Made by a program: the position numbers and the translations under genes. The notes under the pieces are model-generated. The model was not told the origin of the DNA. It saw nothing but the letters and a program-made list of their open reading frames with translations, and searched no databases. A stretch of DNA of 61,899 nt, the filler included, from Deltaproteobacteria bacterium (GTDB lineage Bacteria > JAEEML01): NCBI GenBank assembly GCA_016283195.1. It is 6 parts of 6 records of this genome, joined end to end, with 100 filler letters (N's around TTAATTAATTAA, not from the genome) between each part and the next. Parts side by side here need not be neighbours in the genome. Positions count along the whole stretch, not along the records: positions 27,747 to 41,823 come from JAEEML010000072.1; 5 more parts are not named here. One strand, given 5' to 3'. This document shows, piece by piece, positions 28,516 to 37,588 of this stretch (positions are counted from its first letter, which is position 1; each line of letters starts with the position of its first letter).

Positions 28516-29016
28516 TCATCCCATAAGCGCTTTGTTAATGCGGTCCACCACAAAGCTCTCTTTATTTTCATAGGGAGAATAGATAACTACATATTTTATA
28601 TTGTGATTTTTACAAATAATGGGCGCCTTTTTCGAGGCCTTCTCTTTGGTAATAGCCACGGCCAAAACCGGCTTTCCGTCTTTATTAAAGAGAAAATCAA
28701 GGGGCTTAAAAAACTTGCTGGCACCTGGCTCAATTTGAGTCATGGGCACATGTTCCTGAATGGTATATTCCGAAAAATTGCGCTCGATAATGTCTTTAAA
28801 GTAGGCATGACTGCGGTTAAAATCTTTAGTATAATCAACGCCATTAATGAATATGCGCCCATTTTCGCGGACCACATTCTGCGCTTTTTTCGGCGGCAAG
28901 GATTTACCGGACGCCGCCGTTTTTGCCGCCCCGGAGGCTCCCCCACCCTTTTTGCCTTTGGTCGCCGTGTAAATCACAAAAAGAACAATCGCCGCAATTA
29001 TAATTACTTTTACCAT
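28516..29016 (-). CDS. Membrane-anchored protein with DUF2726-like (restriction-endonuclease-fold) domain
   Basis: N-terminal TM; EHVPM...KPLDFLFNKDGKPVLAVAI pattern; co-oriented with the RT. Confidence 0.55.
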   Translation of the reverse strand: MVKVIIIAAIVLFVIYTATKGKKGGGASGAAKTAASGKSLPPKKAQNVVRENGRIFINGVDYTKDFNRSHAYFKDIIERNFSEYTIQEHVPMTQIEPGASKFFKPLDFLFNKDGKPVLAVAITKEKASKKAPIICKNHNIKYVVIYSPYENKESFVVDRINKALMG

Positions 29017-29244
29017 TTTCTGCCTCGGCAGCCAGTTTAGAAAAGCCGCGAAAAGTCATATTAAATGGGCCGCCAATTAATGTCAATCACCCTTTTTAGG
29101 CTAAATTATTTGTTTTTTCGCGGCTACCGAAAAAAGATGAACATTTTTTTAAAAAACCTCTTGACAGCCCTTTTTTGGCGCTTACTTCAAAGGCGTGGTT
29201 GGAAGATCCGGCGGGTGCCGGGTCACGAAAATAGGAGGTATGTT

Positions 29245-29694
29245 ATGAGTCTCAGGTCTTCATTAATGCGTGGTTCGATTTTCGATGAACTGGCAGCTAT
29301 GCAGCGCGAGATGAACCGCATCGTGCGCGCCGCGGAACAAGGAGCACCTTTGCCATTCAAAGCCTTCTCAGAAGTATATCCGCCAATCAATATTTCCGAG
29401 ACCGCTGAGGGCTATGAGCTGGAATGCGAATTGCCCGGTTACAGCATGGATGACATAGAGCTCACTGTTCAAGGTGACACCCTGACCATCAAGGGCAAAA
29501 AAGAGGCCGAAATGCCGGAAGACGGCAGTATTCACCGCCAGGAACGCCGCTATGGCTCCTTTAGCCGTAGCCTCACCCTGCCCGCCGCCGTCGATGTGGA
29601 AGCCGTGAGCGCCAAATTGGCCAACGGCCTGCTCTTGGTGAATTTGCCCAAGAGCGCAGCCGCAAAACCGCACAAAATTGCTATTAACGCCTAA
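29245..29694 (+). CDS. Hsp20/alpha-crystallin small heat-shock protein
   Basis: YPPINISET, ELPG, ERRYGSFSRSL, NGLL; AGGAGG RBS before ATG 29245. Confidence 0.93.
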   Translation: MSLRSSLMRGSIFDELAAMQREMNRIVRAAEQGAPLPFKAFSEVYPPINISETAEGYELECELPGYSMDDIELTVQGDTLTIKGKKEAEMPEDGSIHRQERRYGSFSRSLTLPAAVDVEAVSAKLANGLLLVNLPKSAAAKPHKIAINA

Positions 29695-29713
29695 GGACGA
29701 AGAGGAGAATATC

Positions 29714-30106
29714 ATGAGCGAGTTAGCTAATAATGAGAATATGAATATGACTACTTCTGCTGAAGGCACCCACAGCGGCCCTTATTTTGAGCCCAGAGTG
29801 GATATTTACGAGACGGAAAAGGCCCTGATTCTTTTGGCCGATTTGCCGGGCATTGGCGAAGATGATATCGACATCGATCTCAATGACGGCGAGCTGACCA
29901 TCCTCGGCAAGCAAAAGAAGGATGCCGCCAGCGGCAAATTGCTGCTGGAAGAATTTGAACATGGCAATTTTATTAGAAAATTCACGCTGACCGAGCGCAT
30001 CGACCAGAGTAAAATCCAAGCCGAGATGAAAAACGGCGTCTTAAAGCTCACTCTGCCGCTGGTAGAAAAGATGGCCCCGCGCAAGATTGTCATCAATAAC
30101 GGGTAA
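29714..30106 (+). CDS. Hsp20/alpha-crystallin small heat-shock protein
   Basis: PRVDIYET, ADLPG, NGVLKLTLP; GAGGAG RBS. Confidence 0.93.
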   Translation: MSELANNENMNMTTSAEGTHSGPYFEPRVDIYETEKALILLADLPGIGEDDIDIDLNDGELTILGKQKKDAASGKLLLEEFEHGNFIRKFTLTERIDQSKIQAEMKNGVLKLTLPLVEKMAPRKIVINNG

Positions 30107-30288
30107 AAACTACTGGCCGCCACACTAACTAATTACTGTTAAAATATCAATTTAACCGCCTAATTTCACTGCAATTTACAACATTCTAAAAACTCAGAAC
30201 CGCTACAGAACGCGGAAACCTATTGAAACTAAACAAGGTTATTTGCTATGAAATGTACGGAACAACAGTGAACTGTCATGGGGGTTTT

Positions 30289-30948
30289 ATGAGCCAGGAA
30301 ATCCACTTCAAACAATATACACCAAACGCGAACTACTATACGCCGATTCCTATGTTCACCCCTTACCTGAGAGTATGTGGCCAGGGCGTCGTGCGTCAAA
30401 ACGACCTCACCAATATCAACATGTGGCCTGCCACTTTTGAACCCGGAAATTACACAGCAATCGAGTTCGATAGCGGGATTACCGGTGCCAAAGCCGGCTT
30501 CTTAGAATCTTTTTATCATTTAGAGAAACTCATTCTGAGTGAATCTGTCCAAAGCATTGATGATACCAAAGAATTATCCGAAATGCTGACGAATAACCAG
30601 GTTATTGTGCGCGGCACGTTTGACACTTTTGCCGAAGAATTTGCGCATTTGCATCATCTACGCTTCGTTCATGCCAATATTGATATAGCGAATTCCTCGA
30701 ATCAATATGAAACCGATGTATGGACTCTTCGTTTTGAGGATAACGGCACACCATATTTACATTGTAATGCCTTTGGACAAGGTGGCTTTATGGGTGGCGA
30801 ACAGCGATCCGAACTTCCCGATGGCATATTTGATAACTGCACTATAGAAAAATTTGCAGAATTATTCGGAAAGGGTCTAACCGAACAGATACTCCAAAAC
30901 AAACCATTACAGCGTTTTTTACAGCGTATGAATTTGGGGAAACACTAA
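30289..30948 (+). CDS. Hypothetical protein (one LRR-like segment)
   Basis: Long ORF with LEKLILSESVQSI; start uncertain (30223-30289). Confidence 0.6.
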   Translation: MSQEIHFKQYTPNANYYTPIPMFTPYLRVCGQGVVRQNDLTNINMWPATFEPGNYTAIEFDSGITGAKAGFLESFYHLEKLILSESVQSIDDTKELSEMLTNNQVIVRGTFDTFAEEFAHLHHLRFVHANIDIANSSNQYETDVWTLRFEDNGTPYLHCNAFGQGGFMGGEQRSELPDGIFDNCTIEKFAELFGKGLTEQILQNKPLQRFLQRMNLGKH

Positions 30949-31053
30949 GCGGACAAATATACGACCGGCTACCTGTACTTAGGTGGTGGCAATGCGTCTA
31001 TGATCAACCTCTTCAAGGATAACGCTTTTTCCGTGCGCTGCCTCAAGGACTAA
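30949..31053 (+). pseudogene. Orphan C-terminal tail of a Fib_succ_major (FISUMP)-like domain
   Basis: Hand translation ...GYLYLGGGNASMINLFKDNAFSVRCLKD*; the rest of the domain is absent. Confidence 0.7.
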
Positions 31054-31059
31054 AGCTGA

Positions 31060-31198
31060 GCAGCCCGCCGCAGGCGGGTAGCCAGCACGAGAGTGAGCGT
31101 AGCGAACAGGGTGCCACCTAGCCGGGAGGCCAGGAAACCGGCCGCAGGCCGTTAGCCGCCGGGTGAAACCCGTTAGGGTGGGTCCGGCAGCAACTATT
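31060..31198. repeat. GC-rich REP-like hairpin cluster
   Basis: GCCCGCC-GCA-GGCGGGT, GAGCGTAGCGAA, GGCC-GCA-GGCC, CCC-GTTA-GGG. Confidence 0.55.
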
Positions 31199-31233
31199 CC
31201 GCCGAGTTTGAGAGCAACTGAGCCGCGCCGCAC
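31199..31233 (+). repeat. 35-bp direct repeat, copy 1
   Basis: CCGCCGAGTTTGAGAGCAACTGAGCCGCGCCGCAC, identical to 32034-32068. Confidence 0.9.
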
Positions 31234-31325
31234 CGAGCCTTGCATATCAGTCAAATTCAGCTCTGAATTATTACTGTTAAATGTCACAGAACTTTGCTAT
31301 AATTAGTCAGATATTGGAGGTGCAA

Positions 31326-31541
31326 ATGTCCATTACCACCGCAGAATTACAACAAAATTTAGCCAAATACCTGATGTTGGCGGCAACAGAGCAGATTCTT
31401 ATCACCCAAAACGGGCGCACGATAGCCATGCTGTCAAATCCCAATCAAGATAGGATTGAAACCGCCACATCTCTCTTCGGTGTTCTTCAGCCCGATACCA
31501 CTTTGGAAGAATCACAGGTAGAAAGATTAGCGCAAATATGA
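31326..31541 (+). CDS. Phd/YefM family antitoxin
   Basis: ITTAELQQNLAKYL...ILITQNGRTIA; GGAGG RBS; ATGA overlap with the toxin. Confidence 0.85.
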   Translation: MSITTAELQQNLAKYLMLAATEQILITQNGRTIAMLSNPNQDRIETATSLFGVLQPDTTLEESQVERLAQI

Positions 31542-31963
31542 AAATTCTGCTTGATACTTGCGTTATTATTGATGTTTTACAAAACCGCGAACCATTTGCC
31601 CATGACGCTAAAGCGCTATTTTTAGAAATAGCCAAACGAAATGTCATAGCCTGTATTACAGCAAAATCTGTCACTGATATTTATTACCTCACCCACAAAC
31701 AAACACACAGCGATGTTCAGACAAGATTAATTCTGCGGAAAATATTTACTCTCTTTGATGTTATAGACACCCTGGGCCTTGATTGCATTAATGCGATGTC
31801 CTCCCCAATAAATGACTATGAGGACGCCGTAATGTCAGAAACTGCCCTCAGAAACTCTGTTGATTACATAGTTACTCGCAATGAAAAAGACTATTCACAT
31901 TCAAAGGTTAGAGTTCTCTTACCGAAAGAGTTTCTTAATTTACTGCTGTTAGACCAAAAGTAG
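31538..31963 (+). CDS. PIN-domain toxin
   Basis: ILLDTCVIID, DYEDA, IVTRNEKDY. Confidence 0.88.
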   Translation: MKILLDTCVIIDVLQNREPFAHDAKALFLEIAKRNVIACITAKSVTDIYYLTHKQTHSDVQTRLILRKIFTLFDVIDTLGLDCINAMSSPINDYEDAVMSETALRNSVDYIVTRNEKDYSHSKVRVLLPKEFLNLLLLDQK

Positions 31964-32033
31964 CTTTTTATTCTTTCTCTGAGGCAATAAAAAACATTTT
32001 CTAATAATAACGCCATATTAACCATCACTGGCC

Positions 32034-32068
32034 CCGCCGAGTTTGAGAGCAACTGAGCCGCGCCGCAC
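32034..32068 (+). repeat. 35-bp direct repeat, copy 2
   Basis: Identical to 31199-31233. Confidence 0.9.
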
Positions 32069-32534
32069 TTAGTTTTAGCGTGACATCGGGGCAGCCAGCA
32101 CCATAGCTAAGGGCACAGCAAACGAAAGTAGCGGGGTTCCTTCCCGAAATAAAATCAAGAAGTAGTAACGAATAAAACGAGCAATAGAGCTAAGTGAGTT
32201 AAAATATAGGATGAAATGGAGAGCTATTTTGAGTCCAGCAACCCACTCCCAGCGGTAGCCAATGCCGCAGAGTAAACAAAAAAACTCTGCCTCCACCTGT
32301 TTAAAAAATTTGTCTTTGACGATCCGCTTAAAAGAGCCACCTTTAAAAGCCCGCCAGCCGCATTGCCCATAATGCCAAAATGGCTTTTAACTGCCAGAGT
32401 TCAAACACTGCCTGGCAAAAAGCCAGAGGAATCAGCTACCTGGGGTTTTTGGAACATTTTGATGTCTTTAAGCTGGCTGGAATGCTGGGAAATAATAGAC
32501 GCTACTTGTAAGGGAAGTGCACATATAGGTGAAC

Positions 32535-32610
32535 TGGAGCCAAGAAGCGGAATCGAACCGCCGACCTACGCATTACGAGTGCGTCGCTCTACCGACTGAG
32601 CTACCTTGGC
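32535..32610 (-). tRNA. tRNA-Thr(CGT)
   Basis: GCCAAGGTAGCTCAG...ACGCACT-CGT-AATGCGT...GTTCGATTC...CCA. Confidence 0.97.
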
Positions 32611-32669
32611 CCCGCGCAGGCTACCTTATTTAAATTCTACAGCTTGTCAATAAGGAAATTAAAGAAAGC

Positions 32670-33014
32670 TCAATAAACCGGCCGGAAACCGGCATCGAGT
32701 ACCGCTTTTTCTGCCTCATCTCTATCTGTATATTCAATAACGGAATCACCGTCCGGATCAATAACTCGCGAGACCTGGCGCCCCTCCATCTTGATAGCTG
32801 CCGGCACAATATATGAAGTGGCAATATTGGCACCTATTTCAATGCGCCCTTTTCTAATTTTTACCGTCTGGCGTTCTTCAAGAGGCAAAAACACCTTTTC
32901 CTGCTTGGGCGCAGGAACTTCATCATCTTCATCGTCATCATCGAGACCGTCTTCAAAGTCCTCGTCCTCGCCGTCAAAATCAGCAAATAAATCTTTTTCC
33001 TCGCTACTGGTCAT
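32670..33014 (-). CDS. Hypothetical acidic protein
   Basis: AGGAG RBS; D/E-rich N-terminus. Confidence 0.65.
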   Translation of the reverse strand: MTSSEEKDLFADFDGEDEDFEDGLDDDDEDDEVPAPKQEKVFLPLEERQTVKIRKGRIEIGANIATSYIVPAAIKMEGRQVSRVIDPDGDSVIEYTDRDEAEKAVLDAGFRPVY

Positions 33015-33035
33015 ATTTTACTCCTTTAAAACCAT

Positions 33036-36000
33036 TCAAGGCACATCACACCCGGCAGCTGCGTAATCAGCACCGCCAAAAACCTTAAGTTTATAAGACA
33101 CTTTGTTCCCGCTATCACGCGGGTCAAGAAAAACGCGGAGGTAATAATAGCCGCTTTCGGCCGGAGATGTAAGCATTATTCTTTCATAACCACGTTTTGT
33201 GGCCGATTCTAAAAGCGGATTTTGTAAATCACTAGCTTTATAAAGGGCTAAATCAATATCGCCGGCACTGTGGTCAAAAAAAGCACAGGCTGTAAGACCA
33301 TTAGCAAGGCCGCCATTAGCCTCATCCAGCTTAATAAGCAGCCAGTCCTCATTACCGCAAAGAGCCCCCTCCCCGCTTAAAGCACTGCCATTAAGCGGCA
33401 GAGCCGCCGGAGAATAAGCAGCAAAATTTTGCGGAATATAGGTTAAATAGCCTTGGTCGCTCTGGCCATCCATTACAGCCGGCGGCGACACAGCACCAAT
33501 CGAATCATTTAAGCAAAGGCGCCGCGTGGTAACCCAAAGAGCATAAAGATTATTAAAAGCTGTGCTCCCGATAGAGGCATAGGGACGCACTACAAAAGGC
33601 CAGTTTTGCTGGGGCTGGCCGCTCGGCACTTTATAAGCAATGTGCAAAAGGCCGGTATAAGGCGCTGTGTCGTCCCAAGAGTAAGCCACATGTTGCCCGG
33701 AAGAGGCCGAAAGCATAGCCGATGGCGGGTAAAGATAAAGGTCTAAATTGCCCTCGCCATATTGATAAAGCACTTTAATATCAAGGAGATCGTCGCCACC
33801 GGCCGTCACGGCAAACCAATCTTCGGTGCTGCCGTTTCCACAAATGGTTAGCTCGCTATTAAAATAGCTGTATAAATCGCCGCTCTCATGAGTTAGGGGC
33901 AGCAAATAGGCGTCTTGGGCGCTCGTATTAGCCGCGGCGGCCGTCAATTCGTCTTCTATGCAGCTCTCATTTTGATAAGATATTGTCATTTGATATGCCG
34001 AGAGTGGCCAGCCCTCCCCGTCACGAAGCACCAAATATACGGGCTGGCCACCAGCCGCCACCAGGCGCAGCCGCAACAAACCGGGGTAAAGTTCCTGAGC
34101 AGCAAGTATCAAACCGGGCCAAGTGGCAGCATCCTGCATATCAGCCGCCTGCAAGACTTCTGGGCCGTAAAGAGCGGCAAATGGTGACGGAAGTTCACTA
34201 TTATAAGCAATATCAACGCGGAGAGTAGTGCCGGCAGGCGGCGTCAGCTTATACCAATCGGTATCGCCGGTACAAAGAGAAAGATTTGCCACCTGATCCC
34301 CGGCCGCACCGTAATGGCCGGCCGCACCTGGGCCACCTGTCCAGCCAGAGCCACTTCCCGGTAAAGAAGTGGCCACAAGAGGGCTGTTATTGGGCTCAAA
34401 TTGGTCACCGGCACAGGCCGGCGGCGGCGTCAGGCGAACAGCCAAGCTGTATTCATACATTTTTTGCGGATTCTCTCCAAAAACCGCCAGCCAAATTTTT
34501 TGCCCGCCGGTAATAGGCAAAAGAATATTTTGATTATCTATAGAAGCCGCCGCCACTTGGGTGAGCTCACCGCCCGCACTTGCTGCATAAAGACGCAAAC
34601 TAACCTCTTCCGTGGCGCCTATAAGCGCGGCTTCAAATTTATATCCAGCCGGAATAATAATAAAACTTTGGCCATCTTTCAAAACCGGAGCATAGGTATC
34701 CTGGTCACCGGCACAAAGTGATAAATTATTCTTCAAAATTTCTATAGGCAAAGAGTCTTGGGCGCCCGGCAACTCACCTATATCAAGAAGTGTGGCCTTA
34801 CTCTCCGGCGCTCTTTTAATTAACTCATTGTTATAATTTATAAATACATCATTATAATTAATAGCGTCATAATTATCTTCCAAGCAGGATAGCTCTTTAT
34901 TGCTATCGCTGATAACTACTTCCAAATTATATGCCGTTTGCTCCATTCCTGCCGCATAAACCAAAAGCAAATAGTCTCCGCCCGGGCGAGCCGCAAGAGT
35001 CAAAGATTGCTCAGTAAGAGCCGCACCAGTAGCCATAAGCGCCGTCTCCAAAGTGGCGCCGGCCGCAACCGGGCCGAAAACTGCCATTTTAAGTGGCGCT
35101 AACTGGCCGGAAAGTTTGGCTTTTAATACCTCACCATCTTTCATGTGCAATAAATAGTAATCTTTATCACCGGCGCAAATCAGCATTTCTCCGCTCTCAC
35201 AAGTTACTTTCTTGCGCGTAGCTGCGGACAAATCCAAGCGACAATTTCCATAACCTTGAAAAAGATCGCTGGCATTTTGCGGATCGTCATTGGCACCGTT
35301 ATTCACCTCCGGCGCATCCGTGCAAACCTCGCCGGTACCATAAATAATAGATATAGAGTAACTCATGGCCGTTCCGGCCGATGTGGTATAAGCCAAAAGG
35401 TAATAATTGCCGTCACTATTGGCGGTAAAAGAAATCGGTTTACCGAAAAAGCCGTTATTACTTTCGCCGATAAGCGTTTCGCCGTCGGGCATATAAGCTT
35501 CTAAATAAATAGTGCCGCTGGATTGGTTAGTCTCATAAATTTTAATGGTCACCGCGTCGGCTCTTTTAAGGGGCAAAATATACCAATCTATATCGCTCGG
35601 GCACTTAACAGCTTCCACAAGTTGCTGTTTTTCTTCTAAAAGCGCCGCCGAGTTTTTGTCGTCGTTGGGTTCGTAACTATCCGGCTGGCAAGGACGCTGG
35701 CTCTCCGGCCGACACATATTCAGGGATTTTTCACAATATTCTTCATAGCCACATTCAAAATCAAAAGTGCACTTGGTAACACAGCGGCCAATAGTGGGGT
35801 CGCAAAGCTGGCTATTACTGTTACAATCGCCGTTTACCTGGCAGGAATAGGGGCTCTTGCAAAGTCCTGTGGCCAAATTGCAAACTAAATTAGAGCCTTT
35901 TGGGCAATCGGCATCGCAGGTACATTGCACGCAAATACCGGGATCCACACAGAATTTTCCGCTATCACACTCATCTTCCTCTTTGGGGAGATACGGGCAG

Positions 36001-36599
36001 CGCGATGTTGGCTCTGCCGGAGGTGTACATACAATTTCATAATCGTTACAGCGCCCGGTGGAAAGCGAGCAAGCCATAGGTAGGCCGGCAATTTTTTCAT
36101 CTACCGTGCAGCAATTATACTGCGAGGCACAGCTCGGCTGCGGCACACAAACATTGTGATAAATATCGCATACTTCGCCGTCCGGGCAGGGATTTTCCGT
36201 AGTGCAGGATCGCGTATAATCGGCCACTTTCAGGCAACGGCCGGAATAAATATCGCAAAAAAAGCCCAGTTTGCAGCAATTACCAAGAGCCGCAGAGCAC
36301 TCGTTTTCCGGCAAACAAATGGTAATTTCGCCATTATAAGCGCCAACATCCCCGCGATCTTCCAAATAGACACAACTGCCCTCAAGGCAGGCAATATGGC
36401 AAGAGCCGCACTGCTCGGCATTAAGGCACTCCACACACTCCCCGGAGCTGTTACAATGCGGAGCCTCTGGCGTAGTACAATCGGCATCTTTTTGGCACTT
36501 AAAAGAGCCCTCTCCGGCAGGCGGCGGTTTACAACCGGGAGCCAGAAAGCCGCAGAGCAGCAGTAAAAAGCATATACTTATTTTTATTAAATTTTTCAT
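33036..36599 (-). CDS. Large Cys-rich lipoprotein with repeated PPC-like domains
   Basis: APGC lipobox-like signal, C-x5-C repeats, repeated D.YEPN(D/N)...A and C..D.DWY modules. Confidence 0.8.
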   Translation of the reverse strand: MKNLIKISICFLLLLCGFLAPGCKPPPAGEGSFKCQKDADCTTPEAPHCNSSGECVECLNAEQCGSCHIACLEGSCVYLEDRGDVGAYNGEITICLPENECSAALGNCCKLGFFCDIYSGRCLKVADYTRSCTTENPCPDGEVCDIYHNVCVPQPSCASQYNCCTVDEKIAGLPMACSLSTGRCNDYEIVCTPPAEPTSRCPYLPKEEDECDSGKFCVDPGICVQCTCDADCPKGSNLVCNLATGLCKSPYSCQVNGDCNSNSQLCDPTIGRCVTKCTFDFECGYEEYCEKSLNMCRPESQRPCQPDSYEPNDDKNSAALLEEKQQLVEAVKCPSDIDWYILPLKRADAVTIKIYETNQSSGTIYLEAYMPDGETLIGESNNGFFGKPISFTANSDGNYYLLAYTTSAGTAMSYSISIIYGTGEVCTDAPEVNNGANDDPQNASDLFQGYGNCRLDLSAATRKKVTCESGEMLICAGDKDYYLLHMKDGEVLKAKLSGQLAPLKMAVFGPVAAGATLETALMATGAALTEQSLTLAARPGGDYLLLVYAAGMEQTAYNLEVVISDSNKELSCLEDNYDAINYNDVFINYNNELIKRAPESKATLLDIGELPGAQDSLPIEILKNNLSLCAGDQDTYAPVLKDGQSFIIIPAGYKFEAALIGATEEVSLRLYAASAGGELTQVAAASIDNQNILLPITGGQKIWLAVFGENPQKMYEYSLAVRLTPPPACAGDQFEPNNSPLVATSLPGSGSGWTGGPGAAGHYGAAGDQVANLSLCTGDTDWYKLTPPAGTTLRVDIAYNSELPSPFAALYGPEVLQAADMQDAATWPGLILAAQELYPGLLRLRLVAAGGQPVYLVLRDGEGWPLSAYQMTISYQNESCIEDELTAAAANTSAQDAYLLPLTHESGDLYSYFNSELTICGNGSTEDWFAVTAGGDDLLDIKVLYQYGEGNLDLYLYPPSAMLSASSGQHVAYSWDDTAPYTGLLHIAYKVPSGQPQQNWPFVVRPYASIGSTAFNNLYALWVTTRRLCLNDSIGAVSPPAVMDGQSDQGYLTYIPQNFAAYSPAALPLNGSALSGEGALCGNEDWLLIKLDEANGGLANGLTACAFFDHSAGDIDLALYKASDLQNPLLESATKRGYERIMLTSPAESGYYYLRVFLDPRDSGNKVSYKLKVFGGADYAAAGCDVP

Positions 36600-37370
36600 T
36601 TAGTAAATAAAATCATCATTGCCATTTGAGACAGTGAGCATAATTATGGCATCGCCTTTTATATCGGCACTAAGCTGGGCAAAAGCGGCCTCGATTTGAT
36701 CGGCAGCCGCATCATCAACAGCAATAACCGAAAGCATCGAACGCTCCCAGCGGTCAAAAGATGCGGCATTGGCCATACTAAGAGGAAGGTCCGCGAGCTT
36801 TTTTTTCAAAATACGTGTCGCATCTTCAAGCGTATATGCCCCTGGAACGTAGGCTCTAGTCACACTGACTCCCACCTTGCGATTATCAATTTTCACCAGA
36901 ATATCCGTTATTTTTCCGCCATCATCCTGATAAGCCACCTCGTTTTCTCCTTTTAAAAACTCGGCGCCTTCACAGCGATAAAGCATTTCAAAAGCAATTG
37001 CCTCGGATTCCACAGAAGATCCACCGGCATTATCATGAGTAGCAATATAATTGCCACCGCTCGAGAGTAGAGCCGGATCATACTCAGCGGTGCCAAAATC
37101 AATGGAGTTACGGAAAAGAAAGGGCTTATCGCTCAGCCATTCTTCATCATCAAGAACCCAGCAGGAACCGGAAATAGTGCCGAAACCGGCCAGCGGCCCA
37201 TCTGGGTCTTTATTACCGCTATCCGTCTTGGCATCCGTCTTGGCATCGGCCTGTTTATCAGCAGCGTTATTCTCGTTGCCCTTTTCTTTTTCACCGCCGC
37301 AAGCAGCCAGCAAGCAAACAGCTAACAAGCCGATATATAAAGCATTTTTTCTCATTTCACACCTCATCAA
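36600..37370 (-). CDS. Lipoprotein with AAC4-like domain
   Basis: LAAC lipobox; NAGGSS..SE, KITD, VGVSVTRA motifs; start may be 37358. Confidence 0.6.
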   Translation of the reverse strand: MMRCEMRKNALYIGLLAVCLLAACGGEKEKGNENNAADKQADAKTDAKTDSGNKDPDGPLAGFGTISGSCWVLDDEEWLSDKPFLFRNSIDFGTAEYDPALLSSGGNYIATHDNAGGSSVESEAIAFEMLYRCEGAEFLKGENEVAYQDDGGKITDILVKIDNRKVGVSVTRAYVPGAYTLEDATRILKKKLADLPLSMANAASFDRWERSMLSVIAVDDAAADQIEAAFAQLSADIKGDAIIMLTVSNGNDDFIY

Positions 37371-37588
37371 GCTAAAAATAAATGCTTTTCATCGCCAAAT
37401 AAAAGCACCCAGCACTCAAGCGGCTCGATATACACTCCGCCAATAAAACCTCATCTGCAAGCCTAAGGCCCACAAAATTAACCTATAGACTTCTATCATA
37501 AAAACACACTTTTTAGGCACTGCAAAAGTAACAGATAAGAAAAATTAAGGAGAAAAAAGTAGGAAAAAGAGAAACTTTTTAGGCACTA

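Noticed and set aside
30289-31053. Stop-codon read-through fusing the ORF to the FSVRCLKD tail
   Set aside because: The stop is TAA and the upstream protein has no FISUMP core; the shared frame has a one-in-three chance of coincidence.
30979-31287. 102-aa minus-strand ORF
   Set aside because: Runs through the hairpin and repeat region; likely spurious.
31199-32068. 35-bp repeats as a CRISPR array
   Set aside because: Only two copies, about 800 bp apart, and no cas genes.
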